Of a DNA stretch of 64,000 nucleotides, positions 50,612-60,602 are shown piece by piece (the first letter of the stretch is position 1; each line of letters starts with the position of its first letter). The position numbers and the translations under genes are program-made. The notes below the pieces were generated by a model, which saw nothing but the letters and a program-made list of their open reading frames with translations, made no database searches and was not told where the DNA came from. Source of the stretch: an uncultured delta proteobacterium (lineage in GTDB: Bacteria; Desulfobacterota; Binatia; UBA9968); assembly GCA_963804165.1 (NCBI GenBank), contig CAWDPO010000030.1, forward strand, positions 32,001-96,000. Reading direction: 5' to 3'.

Positions 50612-51517
50612 ATGGAGGACAAAATGTTCGGCGCCGAAACCCTCGACCACGTTGCCTTTCCGGTGCGCGATCTGGCGCGCTCGGAGAAATTTTATATTGA
50701 AACGGTCGGCCTGACGTTTTTGACCCAGCGCAAAAATGCCGATGGCTCGCCGCGCCATACCTACGTCAAGGCCGGCGAAAACATCATCGGCTTGAATCTG
50801 CCCGGCATTCAGGCCGGTGCGTCTCCCAGCGGCGCGCCGCGCTATGCGGTTGCGCTCGGCTCGGAGGAAATGTTCAACGCGACGGTCGGTCGAATCAAAC
50901 AAGCCGGCGTCGCCTGCGGCGAAGTCCGCGAGCAAGACAGTAATTCGCCATTCATTCGTTCGTTTCGCTTCACCGACTTCGACAATAATCATTTCGAGAT
51001 TTGCATGAACCGCCGGTCCTTGGGTGACGTGTGCTTGAGCCACGTCGTCTTCGAAACCAAGGATCTGGAAAAGGCGAAACGATTCTATGCCGAAGCCCTG
51101 GGCTTAAAATTCGTCGGCGAAGTCGACGACGAGCACTTTTTCGAATTTCCCAATCACCAACTATTGGCCGTGAAGCAAGTCGATGCGCTTTCCGATCGAA
51201 CAAAACGCCACGGCCGCGCCGTTCACGTCGCGTTTAACGTCAGTCAGGAAGACTTCGACCGGATGCTCGAGCTTATTCCCGGCCGTGGCGGCGCCAATCA
51301 AGGCGACTTTCGCGCCGAGGACGGCCTGCGCGCGCCGGGAGAACGAAGCATTTATTTTTCCGACCCGGATACCAACAAGCTGCAGATCACCGCGCTCGGC
51401 AAGGAGAACTGGTCGCTCATTTCCGATGAAGAAAAATGGCAAAGAACCGAGGAGAATCGAGAAAAACTCGGCAGAGGGCTGTCGCGCTTCGACCGCGGCG
51501 TCAAACCCAGTCAATAA
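50612..51517 (+). CDS. Two-domain VOC (glyoxalase/dioxygenase superfamily) protein
   Basis: LDHVAFPVRDL..FY, LSHVVF..DL, HVAF, YFSDPD. Confidence 0.85.
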   Translation: MEDKMFGAETLDHVAFPVRDLARSEKFYIETVGLTFLTQRKNADGSPRHTYVKAGENIIGLNLPGIQAGASPSGAPRYAVALGSEEMFNATVGRIKQAGVACGEVREQDSNSPFIRSFRFTDFDNNHFEICMNRRSLGDVCLSHVVFETKDLEKAKRFYAEALGLKFVGEVDDEHFFEFPNHQLLAVKQVDALSDRTKRHGRAVHVAFNVSQEDFDRMLELIPGRGGANQGDFRAEDGLRAPGERSIYFSDPDTNKLQITALGKENWSLISDEEKWQRTEENREKLGRGLSRFDRGVKPSQ

Positions 51518-51534
51518 GGCTAGAAAAACTGTGT

Positions 51535-51621
51535 CTCGCGCAAAGTTCGCAAAGGACGCCAAGAAAAGGAGATAGCCACAACGGGGCGGGGCCTTTGCGA
51601 ACTTGGCGCGCTTGGCGCGAG
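51535..51621. repeat. CGCMAAG/CTTKGCG 9-nt-unit hairpin
   Basis: CTCGCGCAAAGTTCGCAAAGGACGCCAAG ... CTTTGCGAACTTGGCGCGCTTGGCGCGAG. Confidence 0.8.
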
Positions 51622-51712
51622 TAAATTTCTTGAAGTCATTTTTGTCAAACAATTTAAAGATAACCTGGTAAACATGGCGCTCGAAAAACCGATCATCCCG
51701 ACTTTTTCACTA

Positions 51713-52851
51713 CGTTATTTGGAAGGGGGCGATTATTTAAAACTGTTTCATGTTGACTAAGCGGCTCGGTGATTACATCGGATGGGGTTTGCCTTGATTT
51801 CTTGGCCACTCAATGCGTTTGTGGACGGCCCAAGCTCCTCCCCATCGGACTACGCCAACAAAGCACGGCGCACTCGATACAGATTGGCCAGCGCAAACAG
51901 CGTGTAGATCTGTGCCGCGTTTTTCTTCAATCCCCGATACCGGGTCTTGATGTAGCCGAACTGGCGCTTGACCACCCGAAACGGATGCTCCACCTTGGCC
52001 CGTATACTGGACAGTTTTCTGTTTCTGCGCCGCTGCTTATGGCTCAAGCTCTTTTTGCTCTTGGCCTTGTCCAACACGCCCCAGAATAGTCCTGTCTTTC
52101 TCGCTGAGCGCTTATCCTGGTCGCTGCAGTAACCCTTGTCGGCAAACACCGCTTGCTCTTCTCCATGAAGGAGCGCTTCCATCTCCTGCTTGTCATGCAC
52201 ACTGGCCGTGGTCACTTTGACCGTGTGCACCAAACCGCTCTGACTGTCCGTTCCCGTGTGCACCTTCATGCCGAAGTGGTAGTTGTTGCCCTTCTTGGTC
52301 GAACTCATCTCCCCGTCGCGTTTCTTGTCCTTGTTCTTGGTCGAGGACGGCGCACCGATCAGCGTGGCGTCTACGATCGTGCCTTGTCTGAGCAAAAGCC
52401 TTTTCTCGCTCAAATACCCGTTGACCTCTTCCAACAGCTTCTCGGTTAACTGGTGCTTTTCCAGTAAGTGGCGAAAGTTTAAAATCGTGGTCTCATCGGG
52501 AATTTCTTCTTCCCCCAACTCTATCCGGCAAATCGCCGCACCGACCGATGTCGTACAACGCTTCTTCCATCCCGGGATCGGACAACCGTACCACTGCTGT
52601 ACAAAGTATATCCGTAGCATCCGTTCCAACGGCATCGTCGCCGTCCACTGCCGGCTTTGGGATAGTGCGCTTCGATCAACGCCAGCAATTTCTCCCACGG
52701 CACCACTTGATCCATCTCAGACAAAAACTTCTCTCGCTTGGTCTGCTTTTTCTTTCCCGCCCACGCTAAACTCGCAAACGTTGTCTGCTCCTTCAATCTG
52801 TTTCCTCCTCTACCATTGTCGGTCTTGCTGCTTTTCGATATAGAGACATTT
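51713..52851 (-). mobile_element. IS5-family insertion sequence (ends approximate)
   Basis: Defined by interruption of the M24 gene; TIRs and target duplication not cleanly readable. Confidence 0.8.
51850..52796 (-). CDS. IS5 (subgroup IS5) DDE transposase, frameshifted
   Basis: TKREKFLSEMDQVVPW, IPDETTILNFRHLLE, IVDAT, HFGMK, ADKGY, RAKVEHPF. Confidence 0.9.
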
Positions 52852-54044
52852 AAAGAACGAGACCGTCGCTGGAGTCTTCTGCGCCAGGCAATGGGCACGG
52901 CCGGTCTCGACGCGCTCATCAGTTTACCCAACGAAGGACACTGGGATCAGTTCGGCGCTGACACGCGCTACATGACCCAGATCGGCGGCACGCAAACCGA
53001 AGTCGGCGCTGTGCTGCCGCGTGAAGGCGATGTTACGGCCGTGGTGCGCGGCGCCAACGAGATCGAATGGTGGGGCTTGGCCCAGGATTGGGTGAAAGAT
53101 ATCCGCCCGTCGCGCCGCTCCTACGGCGAGCCGGTCATCGAGCGCCTCAAGGAAATTCGCGCCGAGCGCGTCGGAGTCATCGGACTCTCCGGTCTGGTGC
53201 GCGCGCCCGAAGGCGTGGTGCCCTGGGGAACTTTTGAAAAGATTCGCCAGGCGTTGCCGAACGTCAAATTCGAAAACGCCACGGATCTCATGCAAGATGT
53301 CCGATCGGTGAAAAGCGCCGAAGAAGTCGTTTTTGTCGAAAAAGCCGCCGACATCATCGGCAAAGCGATCGACGTGCTGATCGCCCACTCGAAAGTCGGC
53401 GTGCGCGAGAACGAACTCATCGCGCGAGATGCTGCGCGAGATCGTCCGCCAAGGCGGCGAACCGATCACCATGATGCTTTTCGGCACCGGCGGGCCGGAG
53501 GTGCCATGGGCGCAGCGCGTGTTCACGACGCGGCAATTGAAACCTGGCGATCTGATCAACACCGAAGTGGAAGGCAAATACGCCGGCTACATCGCCCAGG
53601 CGCTGCAACCCATCTCTCTCGGACCGAAGCCGAAAGACTTGGAGAAAATTTTCGACGCTACGAAAATCATTTTCGAAAAGATGCTCAAGTTTCTAAAGCC
53701 GGGCATCACGTTCGGCGCGGTCGTCAAGTTCTACCAAGATGAAGTGCAAGCAACCGGCTACGAGCCCGACGGCGCGCTCATGCACGGCCGCGGCCTCGGC
53801 GAAGACGCGCCGATGCTCTGGGGTGCGCGTCGCGATTTCCCCGAAAAAGAAGCGAAACTCAAAGAAGGCCATGTGTTCATCTTGAAGCCGGCTTGCAAGC
53901 AAGGCTTCATGCGCGACTCGATCCGCGCCGGCGACACCGTGGCGATCGAAGCCAATGGCGCGAGAAGACTCGGCAAGCGAAATTTGACGTTCGTAGCTGT
54001 TTGAGTCGTCACCGTGCAATCACGTGAACAAACGCTCGGTGTTT

Positions 54045-54073
54045 TCCAGTACTCCAACACTCCAGTACTCCAA
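54045..54073. repeat. ACTCCA 8-nt-period tandem array (half hairpin)
   Basis: TCCAGTACTCCAACACTCCAGTACTCCAA. Confidence 0.7.
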
Positions 54074-54148
54074 CTTTCTCTTCCACCTTGCCCGCAATTA
54101 AAGGTCGTACTATAGATTGGCTAAGACTCTCTCTGCGGAGGTTTTCCC

Positions 54149-54736
54149 ATGAGCGATGAAAATTTTAATCCCGATGCGCCGCTGCATATTCGCGGCTTAA
54201 ATCATTTGACTGTTCCGGTGAAGGATCGCTACCGCGCGGCACGTTTCTTCATCGTGGTTCTCGGCGGTGAGGCGCACCATGAGTCGGCGCCCGACCGCGC
54301 TGCGAAGGGCCTCGCCCGCTCTCTGCAGGTCGGCGTGCGTCTCGCGCCTGGCTTCGAAGTCGATCTGTTCGAGCAGAGCTTCGGCCAACCGGATTGGAAT
54401 CAATCCCACCCTCACCTGGCGCTCGACACATCGGCTGAAGATTTGGCGAAATGGACCGAGCATTTCAAGAAATGGCAAGTTCCGTTCGTCGGCCCAATGA
54501 CCCGCGCCGGCACAAAGGGCGCGGAGATTTATTTCAACGACCCCGACGGCAATCATCTCGAAATCCACTGCTCCGACGTGCCGCAATCTCAGCGCGAGCA
54601 ATTTCCGGTCGGCCCTTACGACAAAGGTCTTTGCGTGCACAAACAAGAGTGGCCGCCAAAAGAATTGGCCGACGAGGCCGAGCGGTTGTTCCAAGCCTCC
54701 CTGGCGCGCATGCGCGAACGGAGACAACCACACTGA
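54149..54736 (+). CDS. VOC-family protein
   Basis: GLNHLTVPV, HPHLAL, YFNDPDGNHLEI (His-His-Glu). Confidence 0.88.
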   Translation: MSDENFNPDAPLHIRGLNHLTVPVKDRYRAARFFIVVLGGEAHHESAPDRAAKGLARSLQVGVRLAPGFEVDLFEQSFGQPDWNQSHPHLALDTSAEDLAKWTEHFKKWQVPFVGPMTRAGTKGAEIYFNDPDGNHLEIHCSDVPQSQREQFPVGPYDKGLCVHKQEWPPKELADEAERLFQASLARMRERRQPH

Positions 54737-54754
54737 AACGAGCCTACAACTCGC

Positions 54755-54887
54755 TCACCACGAAGCTCACGAAGGACACGAAGATTGCAATTTTCTCATA
54801 CTTCATGCTCTTCACGTCCTTCGTGGTGACTGATCTCTTTTGACTTCGCACGATTTGAACGATTGGAACGTTTGGAACGACTTGAAC
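54755..54887. repeat. CACGAAG/CTTCRYG 9-nt-unit hairpin followed by a TTGAAC/TGGAAC x4 array
   Basis: TCACCACGAAG..CTTCGTGGTGA (54755-54829); T(T/G)GAAC at 54855/64/73/82. Confidence 0.85.
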
Positions 54888-54897
54888 GGAGTTCTCC

Positions 54898-56118
54898 ATG
54901 TCTGATCTTTATCCTTATCCCCGCTTCTCCCTCGCCGAGCGCGACCGCCGTTGGCAAGCCGTGCGCGAAAAAATGGCCGAGCAAAACATCGACGTCATCG
55001 TCACTCCGCAAAACACCGGCCACTCGATGGATTTTCAAGCCAACACGCGCTACCTCACCCACTGCGGCGGTGGCGGCGACGCGGATATCGCGGCGGTGTT
55101 CCCACTGAAGGGCGACGTCACCGCCATCGCCACGACGGCAAATCCGCGCTGGACGACCACGCAGGACTGGACAACCGACGTCCGGGAAGCGCGCCGGGAA
55201 TACGGCAAGATTATCGTGGAGCGCTTGAAAGAATTAAAAATCGAACACGGCCGCATCGGCATCACCGGCCTGGGGGAAGTCGAAGGCACGCGCACTCCCG
55301 AAGGAACGATACTGCACGGCACCTACGAAAAAATCCGTGAAGCATTTCCCCAAGCGGAAATTGTCGACGCCACGCCGATATTGACCGAAGTCCGCTATAT
55401 CAAGAGCCGGGAAGAAATCGACGTGCTGACTAAATCGATGGAGATCGTCGAGCACGCCTATCAAGCCGAGATCGAATCCGCAAAAGCCGGCGTCAGAGAC
55501 TGGGACGTTTGGGCCGCCACGCAATACGCGCTGATGCGCAACGGCTCGGAAATGCCCGTGCACTGCAATTGGATATCAGGGAAGAACGTCCGGCGCACAT
55601 TGACGCGGCCGAGCATGCGCGTGCTCGAACTTGGCGATTTGATCATCAACGAAATCGAAGCGTCGTGGATCGGTTACCGTTCTCAGGGTGTGCAGCCGGT
55701 TTTCGTCGGCAAGGCCGATCCGGTGCACCAGGAATTGATCAAAGTGCAGCGCGAGCTTTTCAATCGCGTGATGGAAAATCTCAAACCTGGCGTATCGGTC
55801 AAAGAACTGGCCGAGTTGACGTTGAAGACGAGCGCGACCGTCGCGCCGAAATCCGGCCCTGCCGCGGGCGCGCGCGGCGATTTGAACATGCACGGCCGGG
55901 GCGCCGGCGACGACGGCCCGATTATCACGGCGCACGCCAAAAGCCCGCGCCAGCTTTCCACCGTGCTGAGAGAGAACATGGTCTTCATCTGCAAACCTTC
56001 GGCGATCTCCGCCGACGGCCAATCGATCAGTACCTGGGGCGATACGGTAGTCATCACAAAAAACGGCGGGCAACGATTAGGCAAGCGACCGCATGATTTG
56101 GCGGTGTCGGCGGCCTGA
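54898..56118 (+). CDS. M24/creatinase-fold protein lacking canonical metal ligands
   Basis: ERDRRW, RYIKSREEI, GYRSQ, MHGRG, ICKP, WGDTVVIT. Confidence 0.88.
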   Translation: MSDLYPYPRFSLAERDRRWQAVREKMAEQNIDVIVTPQNTGHSMDFQANTRYLTHCGGGGDADIAAVFPLKGDVTAIATTANPRWTTTQDWTTDVREARREYGKIIVERLKELKIEHGRIGITGLGEVEGTRTPEGTILHGTYEKIREAFPQAEIVDATPILTEVRYIKSREEIDVLTKSMEIVEHAYQAEIESAKAGVRDWDVWAATQYALMRNGSEMPVHCNWISGKNVRRTLTRPSMRVLELGDLIINEIEASWIGYRSQGVQPVFVGKADPVHQELIKVQRELFNRVMENLKPGVSVKELAELTLKTSATVAPKSGPAAGARGDLNMHGRGAGDDGPIITAHAKSPRQLSTVLRENMVFICKPSAISADGQSISTWGDTVVITKNGGQRLGKRPHDLAVSAA

Positions 56119-56186
56119 AAACAATTGTGGCAGAATGTATGGACACATCGCAGCCGAGGCGAACGTCCCGTTATGCCCGGCCCGTC

Positions 56187-56210
56187 GTAGGGGCGACCGG
56201 CCGGTCGCCC
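56187..56210. repeat. GTAG-type REP hairpin
   Basis: GTAGGGGCGACCGGCCGGTCGCCC; degenerate relative GTAGTAGCGTATCGCATACGCCC at ~14986. Confidence 0.75.
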
Positions 56211-56349
56211 TGACCAGAAAAGAGAACGGGAGGGGGGCTGCATGTGAAAACCAGCAGAAACTGCCAGGCGTCCGACTGGAACTGGGACATGTTTACATCG
56301 GCCATAGTTTTTCGTTGCGCCCCCGTGTCCGTTGGACTAACCTCGTGAT

Positions 56350-56604
56350 ATGGCCCACTACTTGTTGATCGAGATGCCACTCCCGCGGTACGACGGATTT
56401 GTGGGGAAATTGGAGGTGCCCTCGCGGGCGTACGACATTATGATCGCCGCGAGCCTTGACCACCGCCCGTCGAATGATCGCTTCACACGCACAATGAAGA
56501 TCCTGTGCAAAATGGAGAAGGCCGAAATGCTCCTCGATCTCGCCAACGTGCTGTATCCTGAAGCCGCTCCAGACATCACCACAGCGATCAAATTGAACAA
56601 GTAG
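56350..56604 (+). CDS. Small hypothetical protein
   Basis: 84-aa ORF with protein-like composition; no recognised motif. Confidence 0.5.
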   Translation: MAHYLLIEMPLPRYDGFVGKLEVPSRAYDIMIAASLDHRPSNDRFTRTMKILCKMEKAEMLLDLANVLYPEAAPDITTAIKLNK

Positions 56605-56720
56605 CGTCATCGCCGCCTTCCCTTTTCCTGTCAGATCGCACACCTCGCGCGCTCAAAGAAAATTTATTGTCGCCGCTCCGGCAGCGCTTTTATAATCACT
56701 CCGTGAGGAAGGAGCGGCTC

Positions 56721-56909
56721 ATGAAATACCGCAAGCTCCCAGGAAACCTTCATCAATGGCACAATCAGCCTCCATGCCCGGAATGGCCCGATTCCGGATT
56801 TATGGAACACGACGCACCGGAAGAAAAAACTATTTGTTCCAACTGCGCGTCCATCACTAAACTCGGAGCCAAAGCCGCAGAGCCTAGTAAAGAGCCGAAG
56901 AAAAAATAG
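56721..56909 (+). CDS. Small putative Zn-binding protein
   Basis: AGGAAGGAG RBS; WH-x4-C-x2-WP ... CxxC. Confidence 0.6.
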   Translation: MKYRKLPGNLHQWHNQPPCPEWPDSGFMEHDAPEEKTICSNCASITKLGAKAAEPSKEPKKK

Positions 56910-57211
56910 TGCATAGGGTGAGCGCTGCGCCTTAGCTCGTTCGGGCCGTTCAACCGCTTCGCTCCGTTCAAAACGTTAAAGACGTTTCCGAGTCGCGCTT
57001 TCGCCGTGACCAGGCCGTGTTGCGCCGAACACGCCGCATAACCTCGAACTGGTCGGCCAGTAGCCGGTTCAAGGCTTTCAGCTCGTCGCGCAGATCCATC
57101 AGCAACGCGATTTTGATGTGATCCGGGTCTGTGAGTTTCTCGGCAAGATTCCAATTCCGTCTTTATGCCGCGCCATCTACTGCCCTTTTTCCGCGCCAGG
57201 CTAGACGCCTG

Positions 57212-58729
57212 CTAACCCGCTTTACGTAACGATCTTTTCCAAGTCCAAAAGACAATCACGAGCGAGACGATCGTCATCCCCCACGCGAACCAATCGCCGA
57301 AGCGGACGTAGTAGGTCTCGTTGTTTAAGATTTCGACTTCGGCCTGCATCACCGCCGGTGTGAACATCGGCAGGGTTTGCACCACCTCGCCTTTCGCGTT
57401 CACCAGCGAAGTCACGCCCGTGTTGGTCACGCGCAACAGGCTACGGCGAGTTTCGATGGCGCGCGATTGCGACAACCACAAATGTTGCCAGGGCCCGACA
57501 GATTTTCCGTACCAGGCGTCGTTGGTCAGATTGACCAGAATATTCGCGCGCGTTTCGCTGACGAACTTACGCGATATTTCCGGCATCAAATCCTCGTAGC
57601 AGATCAACGGCGCGATCCGCACACCGCGTGGCAAACGAAACGCGATCGGCCCAGGTCCGGGCGTAAAGCCATCTGCAAGTGGCATGGCCGGCAGTAAAGA
57701 CAAAACTTTCGCGAAAGGTAAATATTCGCCAAAGGCGAGCAGCACTTGTTTGTGATAGTGGCCGAGAATACGTCCCTTGGCGTCAGTGAAGAATGCCGTG
57801 TTGAAGGCTTTCGCGCCAGGACGGCCGAGCGTGCCGCGAAAACTCTTGGCGCCGAAGATGAAAAACGTTTGGTCCGACTTGAAAGTCGGCATAATCTCCG
57901 GCGGCAAAGCCGACAGGTCCTCGGGCACCATAGCTTCGATCGCCGACTCGGGCCATATGACCAGCTGCACGGCATTCAATTGGTCGGTAAGCTTACGGTG
58001 TTGATCGAGGTTCTTCTGCGCCAGCACCGGGTTCCACTTAAGATCGATGTCGACGTTACCTTGCACCGCCGCCACCGCCAATTTTCTCGCCGCGGCCATT
58101 TCCTCGCCCACGCTTTGGATTCTCTGGTACCCATAAACGAGCGAAAGCATGACCGCTAGAGCAGAATAGGCCAGCGGCAGAAAACGAACCGATGGTTCCT
58201 GTGCGCGCTCCGACGCCGCCCGATATACCGCGGCGCTAAACCACATAACGATGAATCCGGCGCCGTAAGGTCCGACCAGGTCTGCGCTTTGGATGAACCA
58301 CAAAAACGACACTTGCGAATTCGCCAAGTGCCAGGGAAATAACAACGGAAACAAAAACTCGATCGCCACCCAGAATATGGCCGGAAAGATTTGCAAGGGA
58401 CCGAGGCCCGCGACGCGCACGAGCATCGCGAACAGCGCCATTTGAATCGCCTGCAAGGCTGCGTAAAGCAGGAACACGATCACACTTATGGAATAATGAA
58501 ATCCGCCGAAAGCACTGATCGTGTAAACCAGCCAATGAAACCCGATGAGATGCGCGGCGAAGCCCGTCAGCCAACCGTAGAAAATCGCTCGCCGGGCATT
58601 TTCTGCGCGATGCAATGCCCAAAACAGCGGTACAAACGCGAACCACGCCAGCGGAAACAGGTTCGGCCACAAGTAGGGAGTTGCGAGCAGAGCTGCTGAT
58701 AGGAGCGCGGCAAAATAATTACTTGACAT
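57212..58729 (-). CDS. lnt: Apolipoprotein N-acyltransferase
   Basis: VQGNV, IWPESA, YHKQVLLAFGEY, ICYE, TNDAWYG, RAIE, TNTG. Confidence 0.95.
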   Translation of the reverse strand: MSSNYFAALLSAALLATPYLWPNLFPLAWFAFVPLFWALHRAENARRAIFYGWLTGFAAHLIGFHWLVYTISAFGGFHYSISVIVFLLYAALQAIQMALFAMLVRVAGLGPLQIFPAIFWVAIEFLFPLLFPWHLANSQVSFLWFIQSADLVGPYGAGFIVMWFSAAVYRAASERAQEPSVRFLPLAYSALAVMLSLVYGYQRIQSVGEEMAAARKLAVAAVQGNVDIDLKWNPVLAQKNLDQHRKLTDQLNAVQLVIWPESAIEAMVPEDLSALPPEIMPTFKSDQTFFIFGAKSFRGTLGRPGAKAFNTAFFTDAKGRILGHYHKQVLLAFGEYLPFAKVLSLLPAMPLADGFTPGPGPIAFRLPRGVRIAPLICYEDLMPEISRKFVSETRANILVNLTNDAWYGKSVGPWQHLWLSQSRAIETRRSLLRVTNTGVTSLVNAKGEVVQTLPMFTPAVMQAEVEILNNETYYVRFGDWFAWGMTIVSLVIVFWTWKRSLRKAG

Positions 58730-58862
58730 CTTAATGTTTGAAATATAAATGAAATTCCGGTCGGCGTTTTTTGTTTAAAAAGCAGCACTAAAAGTCTTTT
58801 CAGAAAATTATCACGAACCGCGCCTAAAAACATAGCTCGCTCGACGTCCCCCGGAGGAGTTT

Positions 58863-60578
58863 ATGGAATCATTGCACCGTCAGCTCGTTCACCTTGCCGT
58901 CGGAATATTTTTGATCACCATCGGCTCAAGTCCCGCCTCCGGTCAGTCGCCCTTGGGCGACGAATGGGAAACATTTTTAAAAGAGAAGGTCTCGTTCAGC
59001 GGCTTTATTGAAAATACCTCGGGCCTTTCGGTCAGCCACGGCAGCCGTTTCTTCGATACCTCGAACCGTTTCATCATGAACCGATTTACGATCCAGCCCG
59101 AGCTCAACGTCGATATGATCGACTGGGCTAAACTGTTTGTCTCGTGGCGGTTCGTCAAAGAGCCGCGGTACAACGCCGAAGCAAAGAGCCGGGAACAAAG
59201 CGTAACGTACTTCCCGCCGAGGCCAGTCAAGCCCCTACCTAACACCTTTTACGACGAGGACAGCTTTAAACCCTGGGAAGCCGTCCTCGATCTTCGGCCG
59301 CACGATCAGCTGAAGGTCCGGCTCGGCAGGCAGTTCATTTCATGGGGCGAGACCGATGGTTTCCGGCTGCTCGATCTCATCAATCCTCAGGATCTTACTT
59401 TCTCGCCGCCGGCCGCCCCCAATCTTTTCAATCTCGATGAAACGAGGATTCCTGCTTGGGGACTGCGAGCCCTGTACACAGTCCGCCCAGTGAGCAACAC
59501 GATTTTGGAATTTTTCGCCCTGCCCGGAGCTTTAGAACAGGCCAAGCAGCGAGTCGACGAGATCGTCGGTAGCAACGATACCGGCGATTTGAAGGTTCGC
59601 TATGGCCGGTGGTCGGCCCATCCGGAAACTCGACTGATGTTTTTGGGTCGTAACGCTTTCGGCAACTTGTTTGCTAATTCTCTCAACCCCGCCTGTTCTT
59701 CCGCCGCCCCACCCATTTCCATTTCTTGCCTCGTGATTCCCAGCACGAGCCGAGAGCTACCGGATGCCGGTGACAGTTGGAAGATCGGCGCGCGCATCAC
59801 GCATAGCATCGGCAAGTTGAACTTCGGCATTGGGTATATTTGGGGCTTCAATCCCCAGTCGACGGACATGGTTTTCAAAAATAAAGGGGTGACTTGCTCC
59901 GCGCCGGTGCCCGGGCCCTGCCTGGGTGGATTCGCGCCCAGTGTGGTCAACCTCAGACTGGTCAACGATCGGACGAATATTTTCGCCGGTCAATTCAATT
60001 ATCCGCTCGGTGACGTGCTGACGGTGCCCGTCAATACAACCATGAGAGGCGAAGTCGCCTTCTTTCCGGACAAGCCCTACAACATCTCAAAGTTCCCGGG
60101 AGCGTTCGGCCTAAAAGCCACGGTCGACCCGAAACATCCCGACGGCGTGGTCGAGAAACATACTTTGCGCTACGCGCTCGGTTTCGATCGCACCACGCTG
60201 ATTCCCTTCCTTCACCCTGACGATCCCTGGCGCGCCTTTAGTTTATCTTTCCAAATTTTTCAAAGCATCATCTTGAATCATGAAGACGGCATCCATCCCT
60301 TTTCCACGGCGGAGAAGATCAAGAAAGTCTCGACGACGTTGACGTTTAGAATCGGCACGGGCTACTTGGGCGATACGATTTTGCCGGACGTCTTCGTCGG
60401 CTACGATCCCGAAGGCTATTGGTCGGCCAATCCTTCAATCAGCTACGTGCCGCCGGGAAATGAGAAAATTCGCATAAGTCTGGTCGGCGCTTTGTACGGC
60501 GGCCGCAATAAATTCAAGTCGCTGGGTTTCTTCGACGAGAAAGACTCGGTTTTTCTCAAGATGCGTTATCAGTTCTGA
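58863..60578 (+). CDS. DUF1302-family outer-membrane beta-barrel protein
   Basis: GRQFISWGETDGFRLLDLINPQD; C-terminal RYQF. Confidence 0.85.
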   Translation: MESLHRQLVHLAVGIFLITIGSSPASGQSPLGDEWETFLKEKVSFSGFIENTSGLSVSHGSRFFDTSNRFIMNRFTIQPELNVDMIDWAKLFVSWRFVKEPRYNAEAKSREQSVTYFPPRPVKPLPNTFYDEDSFKPWEAVLDLRPHDQLKVRLGRQFISWGETDGFRLLDLINPQDLTFSPPAAPNLFNLDETRIPAWGLRALYTVRPVSNTILEFFALPGALEQAKQRVDEIVGSNDTGDLKVRYGRWSAHPETRLMFLGRNAFGNLFANSLNPACSSAAPPISISCLVIPSTSRELPDAGDSWKIGARITHSIGKLNFGIGYIWGFNPQSTDMVFKNKGVTCSAPVPGPCLGGFAPSVVNLRLVNDRTNIFAGQFNYPLGDVLTVPVNTTMRGEVAFFPDKPYNISKFPGAFGLKATVDPKHPDGVVEKHTLRYALGFDRTTLIPFLHPDDPWRAFSLSFQIFQSIILNHEDGIHPFSTAEKIKKVSTTLTFRIGTGYLGDTILPDVFVGYDPEGYWSANPSISYVPPGNEKIRISLVGALYGGRNKFKSLGFFDEKDSVFLKMRYQF

Positions 60579-60602
60579 TCGGTTAATGTGGAGGACGACT
60601 CA

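Larger units (their letters stand above)
51674..54004 (+). pseudogene. M24/creatinase-fold protein interrupted by IS5 after codon 13 (plus a frameshift near 53425)
   Basis: MALEKPIIPTFSL (51674-51712) joins in frame to KERDRRW (52852), matching paralog YPRFSLAERDRRW. Confidence 0.85.
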
